DNA of 64,000 nucleotides from an uncultured delta proteobacterium (GTDB taxonomy: Bacteria; Desulfobacterota; Binatia; Binatales; Binataceae). Below, in pieces: positions 1 to 9,890 of this stretch. The notes under the pieces are model-generated. The model saw only the letters and a list, made by a program, of their open reading frames with translations, had not been told where the DNA came from and did not search any database. The stretch is taken from NCBI GenBank assembly GCA_963724765.1, contig CAVRVY010000004.1, forward strand, positions 1,152,001 to 1,216,000. The letters run 5' to 3'. Positions within the stretch are counted from its first letter, which is position 1; every line of letters starts with the position of its first letter. The position numbers and the translations under genes were made by a program.

Positions 1-41
1 GCGATCGTGATGGCCGTCCGCCCCGGAGACAATTTGCTCTT

Positions 42-428
42 TTGACAACCGGAACGAAACCCGCCCTGATCCTGGTGGAGGACGATTCATCGGTTCTCCG
101 CGCACTGCGCAGATTAATGCTCGCCGCAGGCTTTCGAGTGATGGCCTTCGATCGGCCGGACGCAGTTCTCGATAGCGAACTTCCGAAAGCCAACGCCTGC
201 CTGGTGGTCGACGTGCATCTTCCCGAGATGAACGGGGTGCAACTCTGCGAGACCCTGGCCGCTTCTGGATGCCGGTTGCCGGTGATAATGATCACCGGCC
301 ATGTCGACCAGGCTACGCGCGAATTAGTGCAGCGCGCGAAGGCCGTCGCCGTTCTGTTCAAGCCGTTTACCCGAGACTCGTTGCTGGAGGCGATTTCCGA
401 GGCTCTGGCGGCCGGCAAATGCGTTTAG
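42..428 (+). CDS. Single-domain response regulator receiver (FixJ/CheY-like)
   Basis: LVEDD acidic pocket, phospho-acceptor VVDVHLPEMNG, ITG and KPF motifs; no output domain; TTG start. Confidence 0.88.
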   Translation: MTTGTKPALILVEDDSSVLRALRRLMLAAGFRVMAFDRPDAVLDSELPKANACLVVDVHLPEMNGVQLCETLAASGCRLPVIMITGHVDQATRELVQRAKAVAVLFKPFTRDSLLEAISEALAAGKCV

Positions 429-495
429 CCTTAGCTTTGCCCGCGATGGGCATCCTTGTAGAAAGGAGCAGCGATTAGGGCTAGAATTTGCTCGC

Positions 496-1806
496 GTGTC
501 GCGAATTACGACTTCCAGACAAGCCGCCCCGCTGCGAGGCTCCAAGCATCCCGGCGCTTCATCTGATGAGACGCGCCAATTCGAGGAGTTGATCATCGAG
601 TTGGCCAGTGCGTTCGTGCGGGTCACAGGCGACAAGATCGACCGGGAAATCAATCGCTGGCTGGAGCGAATTGTTCTGGCCCTGGGCCTGGATCGCAGCA
701 CGATCGCCGAGATCAATCCTGCGGACGGTTGGGCCACCTTTAGCCACGGCTGGGCGCGCGAGCCGGAGCACATTATCGGCAGCTCGCTGGACGTCAACAC
801 TCTGATGCCTTGGACCAAGCGAAAGATGCTGGCGGGAGCGACAGTCGTGATGCCGAACGTGGACGCGCTGCCCGACGAGGCCGCCGTCGACCGTGAAAGT
901 ATGCGGCTCCACGGGCCCAAATCCAGCGTGATGGTACCGATAAGGGTTGGCGGAGTAGTCGTCGCGGCGGTCGGATTCGGAGCCCTGTACCGCGAGCGCT
1001 CCTGGCCGCCGCGGATTGTCCGGCGGCTGCAGACGGTGGCGCAGATCTTCGGCTTCGCGCTGGAGCGCAAGCGCGCGATAATCCAGGTGCTCCAACTGCG
1101 CAACGAACTGACCTATATCTCGCGCGTCAGCACCATGGGCGAGCTGGCGGCTTCGCTGGCGCATGAAATCAACCAGCCGCTGGCGGCGATTCGGAGCAAC
1201 GCCGAGGCAATCCAGAGCATGCTCGAATCGAAGACGCCGGACCTCGACGAAATCAAGGCGGCAGTCGCGGATATAGTCACTGACGACGCGCGCGCGGGCG
1301 AGACGATTCGCCGGCTGCGTGCGTTATTCCGGCGCGAGGACCTTGCGCGCTCAGAAATCGAGCTTGGAGAACTATTGCGAGAGGTCAGCCGCATAATCAG
1401 GAGCGACGCTATAATTCGCAAGATCTCGCTTACGCTTGACCTGCGCCAACCGCTGCGCCCGGTCTTTGCCGATCGAGTTCAGATACAGCAGGCGATAATC
1501 AATCTTCTCCTGAACGCGTTCGATGCGGTTTCCGGGACGGAAGAGAACTCACGCCAGGTCGCACTATCCGCGGTGGCGGAAGACTCCGGCTGCGTCAGGG
1601 TGCTCGTATACGATTCGGGCAAAGGAATCGACCCGGACGTTATGCCTCGAATCTTCGATGCCTTCTTCACGACCAAGCCCAATGGCATGGGAATGGGGCT
1701 GGCTATTTCACGATCGATCGTCGAAGCGCACGGCGGACGGCTTTCCGTTTCGTCAAACCCGGGCCACGGCACGACCTTTGAGATCACGCTTCCCTGTCCG
1801 GTCTGA
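496..1806 (+). CDS. Cytoplasmic GAF-sensor histidine kinase (FixL/NtrB-like HisKA + HATPase)
   Basis: N-terminal GAF-like region; H-box MGELAASLAHEINQPL; N-box QAIINLLLNA; DSGKG, FDAFFTTK and GMGMGLAI; no TM helix seen. Confidence 0.9.
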   Translation: MSRITTSRQAAPLRGSKHPGASSDETRQFEELIIELASAFVRVTGDKIDREINRWLERIVLALGLDRSTIAEINPADGWATFSHGWAREPEHIIGSSLDVNTLMPWTKRKMLAGATVVMPNVDALPDEAAVDRESMRLHGPKSSVMVPIRVGGVVVAAVGFGALYRERSWPPRIVRRLQTVAQIFGFALERKRAIIQVLQLRNELTYISRVSTMGELAASLAHEINQPLAAIRSNAEAIQSMLESKTPDLDEIKAAVADIVTDDARAGETIRRLRALFRREDLARSEIELGELLREVSRIIRSDAIIRKISLTLDLRQPLRPVFADRVQIQQAIINLLLNAFDAVSGTEENSRQVALSAVAEDSGCVRVLVYDSGKGIDPDVMPRIFDAFFTTKPNGMGMGLAISRSIVEAHGGRLSVSSNPGHGTTFEITLPCPV

Positions 1807-1849
1807 AGCATCCCTTTGAGGGCGAACCGAAATCGCCTATCCGCGAACC

Positions 1850-2509
1850 ATGACGCAAAGAACGGTAGTAGCTATTATCGACGACGAGGAATCGGTTCGG
1901 AAGTCGCTGGTACGGATGCTTCAGGCAAAGGGGGGGCTCCAGGCGCTGGCATTCCCGTCAGCGCAACAGTTTCTGGACAGTCCCCAAAGCAAAATCGTCT
2001 CTTGCGTCGTGTCGGACCTGCGGATGCCCGAGATGGACGGGCTGGGCTTTCAACGGATGCTGCACGCGAAGCTGCCGCATCTTTCGATGGTCTTCATCAC
2101 CGGCCACGGCGACATTCCCGCCAGCGTCACGGCGATGAAGGCCGGTGCGGTCGACTTTCTCGAGAAGCCGGTGAAGGGCGCCACCTTGATCGATGCCATA
2201 CACCGGGCCAGCGAGCGCAGCTTCAAGTTGCAGGCCGTCAATGCCGAGATCGACGCATTAAAGGCTCGCTACGAGACATTGACCCCGCGCGAGCGCGAGG
2301 TCTTCTCGCTGGTCGCAGCCGGTCTCCTGAACAAGCAGGTCGCGGCCCAGCTCGGCGTCGCCGAGAAAACCATCAAGCAGCATCGTGGCCACGTGGTCGA
2401 CAAGATGGCGGTGCAATCGCTGGCCGACCTGGTCCTGATGGCCGAGCGTCTCGGCGTCAGGCCAAACGGAGCCGATTTCGCTAGAGCCATGGGTAAGCTG
2501 ACCTTATAG
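1850..2509 (+). CDS. FixJ/LuxR-family DNA-binding response regulator
   Basis: Receiver (IIDDE, SDLRMPEMDG, AGAVDFLEKP) plus LuxR HTH LTPREREV...NKQVAAQLGVAEKTIKQHRGHV. Confidence 0.93.
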   Translation: MTQRTVVAIIDDEESVRKSLVRMLQAKGGLQALAFPSAQQFLDSPQSKIVSCVVSDLRMPEMDGLGFQRMLHAKLPHLSMVFITGHGDIPASVTAMKAGAVDFLEKPVKGATLIDAIHRASERSFKLQAVNAEIDALKARYETLTPREREVFSLVAAGLLNKQVAAQLGVAEKTIKQHRGHVVDKMAVQSLADLVLMAERLGVRPNGADFARAMGKLTL

Positions 2510-2532
2510 AGCGCGCGGCGCCAATCCCACTG

Positions 2533-2547
2533 AGACTAAAGTCCGAT
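2533..2547. promoter_or_regulatory. Palindromic putative regulator site AGACTAAAGTCCGAT upstream of the mla operon
   Basis: GAC-N4-GTC palindrome matching the two copies at 7383 and 7446. Confidence 0.5.
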
Positions 2548-2614
2548 TTGCCGCGGCTTCGCGCGCTGACATCATGGCCCAACACTGAGTCAGCATGGAA
2601 GAAGGCGTGATCCG

Positions 2615-3766
2615 ATGAGTGCTGTCGCACAGAGGCTGGATCAGGGACGGATATCCTTCGAGCGGACTGACGAGTCGACGCTCGTGGCGCACCTTTCCGG
2701 CCCCTGGCATTTGCAGCGCGATCTGCCGCCAATTTCCGTGCTGCTCGCCGAACTCGGTGCGCGGCCCGGCGCCAAGCGGCTATCGTATGAGACTGCCGAG
2801 CTTACGCACTGGGACAGCGGGCTGATCTCATTTCTGACCAATACGGCCGAGATCTGTCGCGCACGCGGGATCGTCGAGGATCGCGGCGGGCTTCCGGCCG
2901 GCCTAAGACGCCTGCTCGAACTGGCCGAGGCGGTTCCTGAAAAAAAGGGCGCGCGCAGCGAGGCGGTGCGCATCTCGTTCTTCGAGCGCGTGGGCAACGT
3001 GACGATCGGCTATGGCCTCTCAGTGGGCGAGTTTCTGGGTTTCCTCGGCGATGTGACGCTGGCCTTCGTAAAATTTTTCCGCGGCAAAGCGCGCTATCGA
3101 AAGATCGACCTGCTCGAGGTCATCCAGGAATGCGGCCCCAGCGCGGTCGGAATCGTCACCCTGATCTCGTTTCTGGTCGGTGTGATCCTCGCCTTCATGG
3201 GCGCGGTGCAGTTGTCGCAGTTCGGTGCGTCGATTTACGTCGCCGATCTAGTCGGCATCGGCATGGTCCGCGACATGGCCGCGATGATGACGGCGATTAT
3301 CATGTCGGGCCGCACCGGGGCCGCGTTCGCCGCAAAGCTCGGCACGATGAAGGTGACCCAGGAGATCGACGCGCTGACTACGATGGGCGTGTCGCCGCTG
3401 GAGTTTCTGGTCCTGCCGCGGGTGCTCGCGCTGGTGCTGATGATGCCGCTGCTCTGCCTGTTCGCAGACCTGGTCGGAATACTCGGCGGCCTGTTCGTCG
3501 GGGTCGCGATGCTCGATCTGTCCGCCGGCAGTTATCTGCGCGAGACCATCTCGACTCTGACCCTGGTCAACCTGTTCGGCGGGATAATCAAGGGAACTTT
3601 CTACGGCGTGCTGATAGCAATTGCCGGATGCCTGCGCGGCTTTCAGTGCGGCAACAGCTCCTCGGCGGTCGGCGATGCGGCGACGCAGGCGGTGGTGATG
3701 GCGATCGTCATGATCGTGGTCGCTTGCGGCCTGTTTGCCGTGGTTTTCAATTTCCTGGGGATTTGA
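2615..3766 (+). CDS. mlaE: MlaE-family ABC permease with N-terminal STAS-like domain
   Basis: STAS-like HWDSGL segment; MlaE motif GRTGAAFAAKLGTMKVTQEIDALTTMG; several TM helices. Confidence 0.92.
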   Translation: MSAVAQRLDQGRISFERTDESTLVAHLSGPWHLQRDLPPISVLLAELGARPGAKRLSYETAELTHWDSGLISFLTNTAEICRARGIVEDRGGLPAGLRRLLELAEAVPEKKGARSEAVRISFFERVGNVTIGYGLSVGEFLGFLGDVTLAFVKFFRGKARYRKIDLLEVIQECGPSAVGIVTLISFLVGVILAFMGAVQLSQFGASIYVADLVGIGMVRDMAAMMTAIIMSGRTGAAFAAKLGTMKVTQEIDALTTMGVSPLEFLVLPRVLALVLMMPLLCLFADLVGILGGLFVGVAMLDLSAGSYLRETISTLTLVNLFGGIIKGTFYGVLIAIAGCLRGFQCGNSSSAVGDAATQAVVMAIVMIVVACGLFAVVFNFLGI

Positions 3767-3780
3767 GCGCGCACCTCACG

Positions 3781-4587
3781 ATGGCTGCAGGAAACAGCGA
3801 AAATCGCTCCAACGAGGAGCCGCACATCATCGTCCGCGACCTGACGATGGCCTACGGCAGTTTCGTCCTGATGCGCGATCTCAACTTCATGGTGAAACGC
3901 GGCGACATGTTCATCATCATGGGCGGCAGCGGATGCGGCAAGAGCACGCTGCTGCGCCATCTGATCGGGCTCAAGGAACCTGCGACGGGGGAGATCCTCT
4001 ATGGAGACGTGAATTTCACCCGCGCCGGGCAGGAACAGCGCGAACGGCTGCTGCGACGCTTCGGTATTCTGTACCAGAGCGGCGCACTGTGGAGTTCAAT
4101 GACGCTAGCGGAGAACATCGGCCTGCCGCTCGGCGAGTTCACCGATTTGACGCCGTCGCAGATCCGCGAAATCGCCGCGCTCAAGCTGGCGCTGGTCGGG
4201 CTCAAAGGTTTCGAAGACTTCTACCCCAACCAGATCAGCGGCGGCATGCAGAAGCGCGCGGGGCTGGCGCGCGCGATGGCGCTCGATCCGGACATCCTGT
4301 TCTTCGACGAGCCGTCGGCCGGACTCGATCCGATTAGCTCGCGCCTGCTCGACGATTTGATCCTCGAGCTGCGCGCGAATCTTGGCGCAACGATAGTCGT
4401 GGTCACCCACGAGCTGGCCAGCATCTTTACCATCGCCAACAACAGCGTCTTCCTGGACGCGGAGTCGCGCGTCCAGATCGCGACCGGCGATCCGCATGAC
4501 ATGCTTGCGCATTCGAAAGACCCGCGGGTACGAAGGTTTCTCACTCGCGGACAAGAGGGAGGCGACTCAGTAGGCAGTCATGAGTAA
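3781..4587 (+). CDS. mlaF: MlaF-family ABC ATP-binding protein
   Basis: Walker A GGSGCGKS, signature ISGGMQKR, Walker B LFFDEPSAGLD, VTH; start reassigned to ATG 3781 just after the mlaE stop. Confidence 0.93.
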   Translation: MAAGNSENRSNEEPHIIVRDLTMAYGSFVLMRDLNFMVKRGDMFIIMGGSGCGKSTLLRHLIGLKEPATGEILYGDVNFTRAGQEQRERLLRRFGILYQSGALWSSMTLAENIGLPLGEFTDLTPSQIREIAALKLALVGLKGFEDFYPNQISGGMQKRAGLARAMALDPDILFFDEPSAGLDPISSRLLDDLILELRANLGATIVVVTHELASIFTIANNSVFLDAESRVQIATGDPHDMLAHSKDPRVRRFLTRGQEGGDSVGSHE

Positions 4588-5557
4588 ACGGGTCAGTCCA
4601 GCGGTAATCGGCGCGTTCGTCGTCGCCAGCTTTGCGATCCTGGTGGTAGCCTTGATCGTAGTCGGCTCGGGCCGGATGTTCACCAGGCCGATTCGCTTCA
4701 TCTGCATGTTCCAGGGCAACCTCAACGGATTGAAGATTGGCGCGCCGGTCAAGGTCAGGGGAGTGCAGATCGGCACGGTCGCGGCGATCGAGCTCAGGCT
4801 CTTGCCCTCCCAGGGAACGATACGACCGGGTATCAGGGGTCTTCGATTGCCGGTCATCATCGATGTCGACCGATCGCAACTGCTGGCGAGGGGAGGAACC
4901 GGCGCGGCGCTCGACAAGACCGGCTTCGATGACATGATCAAAATGGGAATGCGGGCGCAACTCAATACAGAAAGTCTTCTGACCGGACTTCTGTATATCG
5001 ATCTCGATCTCCACCCCAACACGCCAATCAAATATGTGCTGGAGCCGGGCGGACCTTACCGGGAAATCCCGACCGTGCAGACCGACCTGGCGCAGCTCCA
5101 GGAACGGCTGACGCAGGCACTGGATAAATTCGAGAAGATCGACTTCCAGGCCCTGGTCACCTCAATTACCGACGCCGCCAACTCGATCAAGACTCTCACC
5201 GGTTCGCCGGAACTCAAGGCCACGTTGGAGTCGCTCAAGGGAACAGTTGCGAATCTGAACCAGGCGGTCACCTCAGCCCGCAATCTGCTCAATAGCGCCA
5301 ACTCAAAGGTCGGTCCGCTGGTTACGGATATTCGAGAGAGCTCGGACGAAGCCAACAAGACGATGAAGGAAACCCGTGCCGCGTTGGTCAGCCTCCAGCA
5401 AACGCTCGATCCCGGCTCGCCACTGGCGGTGCATCTCAACCAGACCCTCGACTCACTTACCGAGACCTCGCGATCGCTCGGAGAGTTCACCGACTATCTG
5501 CAGCGCAATCCAGGCGCTTTGATCCGCGGACGGTACGTGCCGGACAAGGATAAGTGA
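4580..5557 (+). CDS. mlaD: MlaD/MCE-domain protein (PqiB-like, single MCE domain plus helical tail)
   Basis: N-terminal TM anchor; MCE motif GLKIGAPVKVRGVQIGTV; SLLTGLLYI; C-terminal YLQRNPGALIRG. Confidence 0.9.
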   Translation: MSKRVSPAVIGAFVVASFAILVVALIVVGSGRMFTRPIRFICMFQGNLNGLKIGAPVKVRGVQIGTVAAIELRLLPSQGTIRPGIRGLRLPVIIDVDRSQLLARGGTGAALDKTGFDDMIKMGMRAQLNTESLLTGLLYIDLDLHPNTPIKYVLEPGGPYREIPTVQTDLAQLQERLTQALDKFEKIDFQALVTSITDAANSIKTLTGSPELKATLESLKGTVANLNQAVTSARNLLNSANSKVGPLVTDIRESSDEANKTMKETRAALVSLQQTLDPGSPLAVHLNQTLDSLTETSRSLGEFTDYLQRNPGALIRGRYVPDKDK

Positions 5558-6225
5558 CCGTGATGAATCTCAAGACGAAGGTGATCGCGTTCGGCGCGTG
5601 CGCGATGGCGGCGGGATGTTCGGTACTCTCGCCCCAGCCCGACCGCTCCAAGTTCTTCATCCTGACCCCTGTTTCCGACAGCGCCAGGATGTCCGCCAAT
5701 CCGGCCTCGACCAACCCGAGTTCGCAGCTCACCATCGGGGTGGGTCCGGTCGATTTCCCCGAGTATCTTCGCCGTCTGCCGGTGGTGACGCGCGTCGCGC
5801 CCAACCGAATCGATCTCTCCGATGAAAAGCGCTGGGCCGAGCCGCTCGACAAGAATTTCGTACGCGTGCTGTCGGAAAACCTTGCGACGCTGCTGAACAC
5901 CCAGCGGATCGAGAAATATCCGTGGGCGCTGAGGGCCAAGGTCGACTACCAGATCGAAATTGACGTCCAACGGTTCGAGACCACCAGCGACGGCCAATCG
6001 CAGCTACTCGCGAGCTGGATCATCAGAGATGGCCAGAGCAGCAAAATCCTATACGCGTCACGGACCACCGCCGGAGCGCCTGCGGGGGCCGACGAGCTCA
6101 GCGCGTCATCAGCCCTGAGCAGCGATCTGGCGACGCTCAGCAAGGAGATTGCCTTGCGGGTCACGGAACTTAGCCATCATCGCACCCCCATCAACGCGGA
6201 TTCGAGTGCCGCTTCAGCCTCCTGA
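5554..6225 (+). CDS. PqiC-family auxiliary lipoprotein
   Basis: Lipobox MAAGC; GVGPVDFPEYL and RWAEPL motifs; overlaps the mlaD stop. Confidence 0.85.
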   Translation: MTVMNLKTKVIAFGACAMAAGCSVLSPQPDRSKFFILTPVSDSARMSANPASTNPSSQLTIGVGPVDFPEYLRRLPVVTRVAPNRIDLSDEKRWAEPLDKNFVRVLSENLATLLNTQRIEKYPWALRAKVDYQIEIDVQRFETTSDGQSQLLASWIIRDGQSSKILYASRTTAGAPAGADELSASSALSSDLATLSKEIALRVTELSHHRTPINADSSAASAS

Positions 6226-6303
6226 CTACCATCGCACGACGGCGGCGTGTCTCACCGGAAGCGGCTATACCGTAAACCAGGACTGGTGACGGACAATACT
6301 CAT

Positions 6304-7263
6304 TCAGAGTTCAAGCTTCGGAAATAATAGACCGACCTGAAAATTCATAGTGAATTGCTCAGTCTCATTGACAAACTGCCGATAGGCGGTCCACTCACCC
6401 GAAGCGGAAGTATCGATCGCGTAGCCATTGGAAAACTGCCAGACCCTGCCGAATCCCGCACTCAGTGGGATTGTGGTCGAGGTCTTGTGGCGCAGGTTGA
6501 AAGTCCACGTCGCGTCACTCGAGCTCAGGTACCATCCGTGCCCGAGCTCATAGCTCAGAATCGGCTGAAACGTCAGCGCGGAAACCGGAGTCGCCTTCGA
6601 CGAAGTATACGCGAATGAGGTCGCTTGCTGCAGAAGTCCGGCGATATCAAGTCCGGGAATTCCGCGATAGGAAAAAGCCCCGGCCGGTCCCATCTGCCAC
6701 GATTTGTTTCCAGTGCGGTCACTCGACGCAGTCGGAAACACCAGATATGGTCCGATTCCCAAACGCAGGCCAATCTCCTTTGAGTTCGGCCATGGTATCG
6801 CAAACAGGTCAAGCAATTGCATGTCGTCGTACGCCGTTGTCGTCGATGCGCCCTTTCCATTGGGAACGGTCACTATCTTGATTGTCGGACGGATAAGCTG
6901 TTCCACAGGGATGAATGAGAAAGGACGAATCGCGAAGATCGACCTGAGCTGTACCGTATTCGGCTGCGCATTGGTGCCGTATTCGGCCGGAGTATATAAG
7001 TCTTTGACTTGTATCTGAGTCAGGTACGAGAGCGGATCCGTTACCTGTTCGGCCAGTGGTTCATTGTCGGACTGGCTGGCAGGTACAGACACTGATTGCC
7101 CGTAACTGAGCGAAGGGCGCGCAATCAGAAGCATCGCCAAGATCAGGACCTGGCCGGGCGCGGCTTTGACATACTTGCGTGCCGGTCCATCGTTGCAAGA
7201 GCGCTGGTCCGCGCGGCTCGCCGGCCGCAACACCCGCGAGTCCGTTTCTAATGAAATTTCCAT
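6304..7263 (-). CDS. Putative outer-membrane beta-barrel protein (true start probably downstream of 7263)
   Basis: Signal-like VLILAMLLIARPSLSYG; LAEQVTDPLS; amphipathic strands (GIGPYLVFPTAS, QPILSY, IPLSAGFG); C-terminal FQVGLLFPK. Confidence 0.6.
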   Translation of the reverse strand: MEISLETDSRVLRPASRADQRSCNDGPARKYVKAAPGQVLILAMLLIARPSLSYGQSVSVPASQSDNEPLAEQVTDPLSYLTQIQVKDLYTPAEYGTNAQPNTVQLRSIFAIRPFSFIPVEQLIRPTIKIVTVPNGKGASTTTAYDDMQLLDLFAIPWPNSKEIGLRLGIGPYLVFPTASSDRTGNKSWQMGPAGAFSYRGIPGLDIAGLLQQATSFAYTSSKATPVSALTFQPILSYELGHGWYLSSSDATWTFNLRHKTSTTIPLSAGFGRVWQFSNGYAIDTSASGEWTAYRQFVNETEQFTMNFQVGLLFPKLEL

Positions 7264-7382
7264 TTTCTCTCACGATTCAAACTGACCGGCCGTCAAGGGA
7301 CAGCCGGCTTTTCGCTTTCCTCCATCACCCGGGACCACTTCGCAGTCCCCATGGTGCGTGACATTCAGAGGCCGCGCAAACC

Positions 7383-7460
7383 GGACTTAGGTCCAATAGC
7401 CCAGGCGCTCGCCGAATGGGAGACCGGCGCGGCATCCTGCGCCTAGGACCAAGGTCCAAT
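7383..7460. promoter_or_regulatory. Two palindromic sites GGACTTAGGTCCAAT (7383) and GGACCAAGGTCCAAT (7446) in a divergent intergenic region
   Basis: Seen directly; same consensus as the 2533 site; the two copies are 63 bp apart. Confidence 0.55.
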
Positions 7461-7562
7461 TGGCAAAGCTTTAGTCCGCAAGACAACATGACGCCGTCAG
7501 ACGCCTCGCGGAGGACCTGGCAGTCGAAAAACAATAAACGGGATATACGGAGAGCTAAAACG

Positions 7563-8345
7563 ATGAAAACGAAACGATCTTCACGAGCAAACGGATTGGC
7601 TATGTCGCTGGGACTGCTGGCAGGGGCCGTCCTTCTGACCAGCGCACTGTTCGCCTGCTCAGCCACCAGTCAGGGTCAGGTTGCGCTGCAACAGCCGACA
7701 CCGACCGGAGGCAGCGCTCCGACCGGTGCGGCCCAATTCCTGGGGAGTGACGCTGCGCTGCTTCAGCCCGGGGCCGAGGGCCAGGCCGCCTTTGTGTACA
7801 TCAACCCCAACGTGCAGTGGAGCAACTACAAAAAGGTCCTGCTGAAGCCCGTGGAGTTCTGGGACACTCCCAACTCGAGCGTCTCTCCTGACGACCAGAA
7901 GATGCTGACCTCGTACTTTTACAATTCGCTGCAAAAGAACCTGCAGCAGAATTTCACCCTGGTCGATCAGCCGGGGCCCGGAGTGATCACCGTCGCGGTC
8001 GCGATTATAAATGCCGAAGGGGCCACCCCCGGTTTGCGATCGGTCTCCCTGGTCATTCCGCAGGCTCGCATATTGAATTACGCGCAATCGCTTGCGACCG
8101 GCCACGCCGCCTTCGCCGGGTCCGCCGAAGCGGCTTTCAAGGCCACGGATTCGAGCACCGGCATATTGTTGGCGGAGTCGGTGGACAAGCGCGTCGGTGG
8201 CATGGCAGTGGCCAACGCGGCGCAGGTGCAATGGGGCGACGCCGAGGCCGCCATGGACTATTGGTCGCAAAAGATCACGCAGCGCGCGGTCGCGCTCGGA
8301 GCGGGCACTCCGGCTGCCGCCGCACCGGCCCCAGCGAGCAACTAA
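7563..8345 (+). CDS. DUF3313-like lipoprotein
   Basis: GGAG RBS upstream of ATG 7563; lipobox LFAC; YKKVLLKPV and TDSSTGILLAESVDKRVG motifs. Confidence 0.75.
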   Translation: MKTKRSSRANGLAMSLGLLAGAVLLTSALFACSATSQGQVALQQPTPTGGSAPTGAAQFLGSDAALLQPGAEGQAAFVYINPNVQWSNYKKVLLKPVEFWDTPNSSVSPDDQKMLTSYFYNSLQKNLQQNFTLVDQPGPGVITVAVAIINAEGATPGLRSVSLVIPQARILNYAQSLATGHAAFAGSAEAAFKATDSSTGILLAESVDKRVGGMAVANAAQVQWGDAEAAMDYWSQKITQRAVALGAGTPAAAAPAPASN

Positions 8346-8523
8346 TCAGGACATGGGAGAATCGAAATCCGACCGACGCCGGGAAGGATCGAATGCAGGT
8401 TTTCGCTCGCTCTACGACATCTAGTGTTTTACTGTTTGGATCCGAATAGATTCTTACTTAACTACTCATACCCAGATGCCTGCTCTTCCGACTCGGAACA
8501 TCGGGGCAAATGAAAGGAGACCG

Positions 8524-9165
8524 ATGATGAACGTAAAAACATCTTGTTCTCATGCGCTGCTGATATTTGCGGGCGCGACGTTCGGAGGATTTCTGTGTGG
8601 CCATGTATGGCCCAGCGATTCTTCGGCGATGGCGGCTACGCGACATCCCAAGACCATCACAGCCGAAAAGTTCATCATGGTCGACAGCAACGGCAAGCGG
8701 CGCGGCGCGATGCAGGTGTCGGAGGACGGGATGGCGACGGTCTCGCTCAATGACGCCGACGGCAGAGACCGAGCCGAATTGCGAGTCGGCCCAGAAGGCA
8801 GCGCCGGCCTGGGCTTCTTCGATCAGAAAGGGCACGAACTCGCGGTCTTCGGCGAGGGCACCGATGGAAATTCCGGTGTCAAGCTCTTCGGCCCCCAGGG
8901 CAAGGAGGTCGCGGCCTTTGGATCGCTGCCGACGGGCGAGAGCGCTCTTACCCTGTACGATGCGAACACCGGCCGGGCGCGCGCCGGATTGGGAGTCGCG
9001 GCAAAGGGCGAGCCAGCGCTGGTACTACTTGACCAAAGCGGCGCGGACCGGGCGGAACTCAGCTTGCGAACCGACGGCAGATCCGGTTTGGCTCTGCTCG
9101 ATGGGCAGGGCAAGGTCATCGCCGGACTGCCGGAAATTCAATCCAACGCCGGATCGAACCAGTGA
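8524..9165 (+). CDS. Hypothetical membrane-anchored protein with ~22-aa beta-hairpin tandem repeats
   Basis: AAAGGAGA RBS; N-terminal hydrophobic helix; repeats of the form [LFY]D.G..RA.[LF]G. Confidence 0.7.
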   Translation: MMNVKTSCSHALLIFAGATFGGFLCGHVWPSDSSAMAATRHPKTITAEKFIMVDSNGKRRGAMQVSEDGMATVSLNDADGRDRAELRVGPEGSAGLGFFDQKGHELAVFGEGTDGNSGVKLFGPQGKEVAAFGSLPTGESALTLYDANTGRARAGLGVAAKGEPALVLLDQSGADRAELSLRTDGRSGLALLDGQGKVIAGLPEIQSNAGSNQ

Positions 9166-9175
9166 GGGCCCAAGC

Positions 9176-9556
9176 GTGACACCTGATAGCAAGATCGGAC
9201 AGAACGCCGGGCGGCGTATGCGAATCGCGGGTGCCGCAATGCTGGTCGCTTGCGCATTCCTGTTGAACGCCTGCTCCGGACAGCCGCTCTCCACACGCGA
9301 GAAGGGTGCCGCCTACGGCGCGGTCGGCGGCGCGGCGACCGGCGCGATAATCGGCGCATTCACCGGCAATCCCGGCGCCGGTGCGGCAATCGGGGGTGGT
9401 CTGGGTCTGCTCGGCGGCGCGTTGATCGGCAACTCGATGCAGAATCGGGAGCACGAACAGGCTCAGACTCAATCGCAGATTCAACAGCAGCAGCGTGAGA
9501 TTCAACGCCAGCAGTACGAGATTCAGCAGCTGAAGAATCAGCAAGCGAGCCAGTAG
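9176..9556 (+). CDS. Glycine-zipper lipoprotein with Gln-rich coiled-coil tail
   Basis: Lipobox LNAC; GAAYGAVGGAATGAIIG...GAAIGGGLGLLGGALIG; start GTG 9176 or ATG 9218. Confidence 0.8.
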   Translation: MTPDSKIGQNAGRRMRIAGAAMLVACAFLLNACSGQPLSTREKGAAYGAVGGAATGAIIGAFTGNPGAGAAIGGGLGLLGGALIGNSMQNREHEQAQTQSQIQQQQREIQRQQYEIQQLKNQQASQ

Positions 9557-9890
9557 ACTGTATGCCTGGCGCCGAATGAGTTTCGCGCCGCTGAATAAGA
9601 GATCGAGCTCGAAGATGACCCGGGCCTATCGCGCCGTCACGCTCTGAATTCCCCTCCCGTCAGTGATTCCAAAACTAATCAAGGGAAACGTGATCGAGTA
9701 GTAGCGAGGAACTCGACCTGCACGCGGACATTGAATCACCGCGGGACTGCTGGCCTCTAATGGGCCTACGTTTTGGTGGTTCTCCGAGCGCCTGGCGGCA
9801 TTCGCCGGGTAGCGGCTAAAACGAAACAGGCTGCATCGCGCCAATGCGACGATGCAGCCTGGCAATTTTCGCGAGCGCGTTGATTTCTAT

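Noticed and set aside
1816-2484. 222-aa alternate-frame ORF over the FixJ-like gene
   Set aside because: Arg/Gly-rich off-frame product; 1850..2509 carries all the conserved motifs.
3130-3780. Apparent N-terminal extension of the ABC ATPase, and similar extensions on ORFs 18499..19995, 27005..29575 and 55234..57369
   Set aside because: The extensions overlap neighbouring genes or intergenic DNA and carry no domain motifs; better downstream starts exist. They are not fusions.
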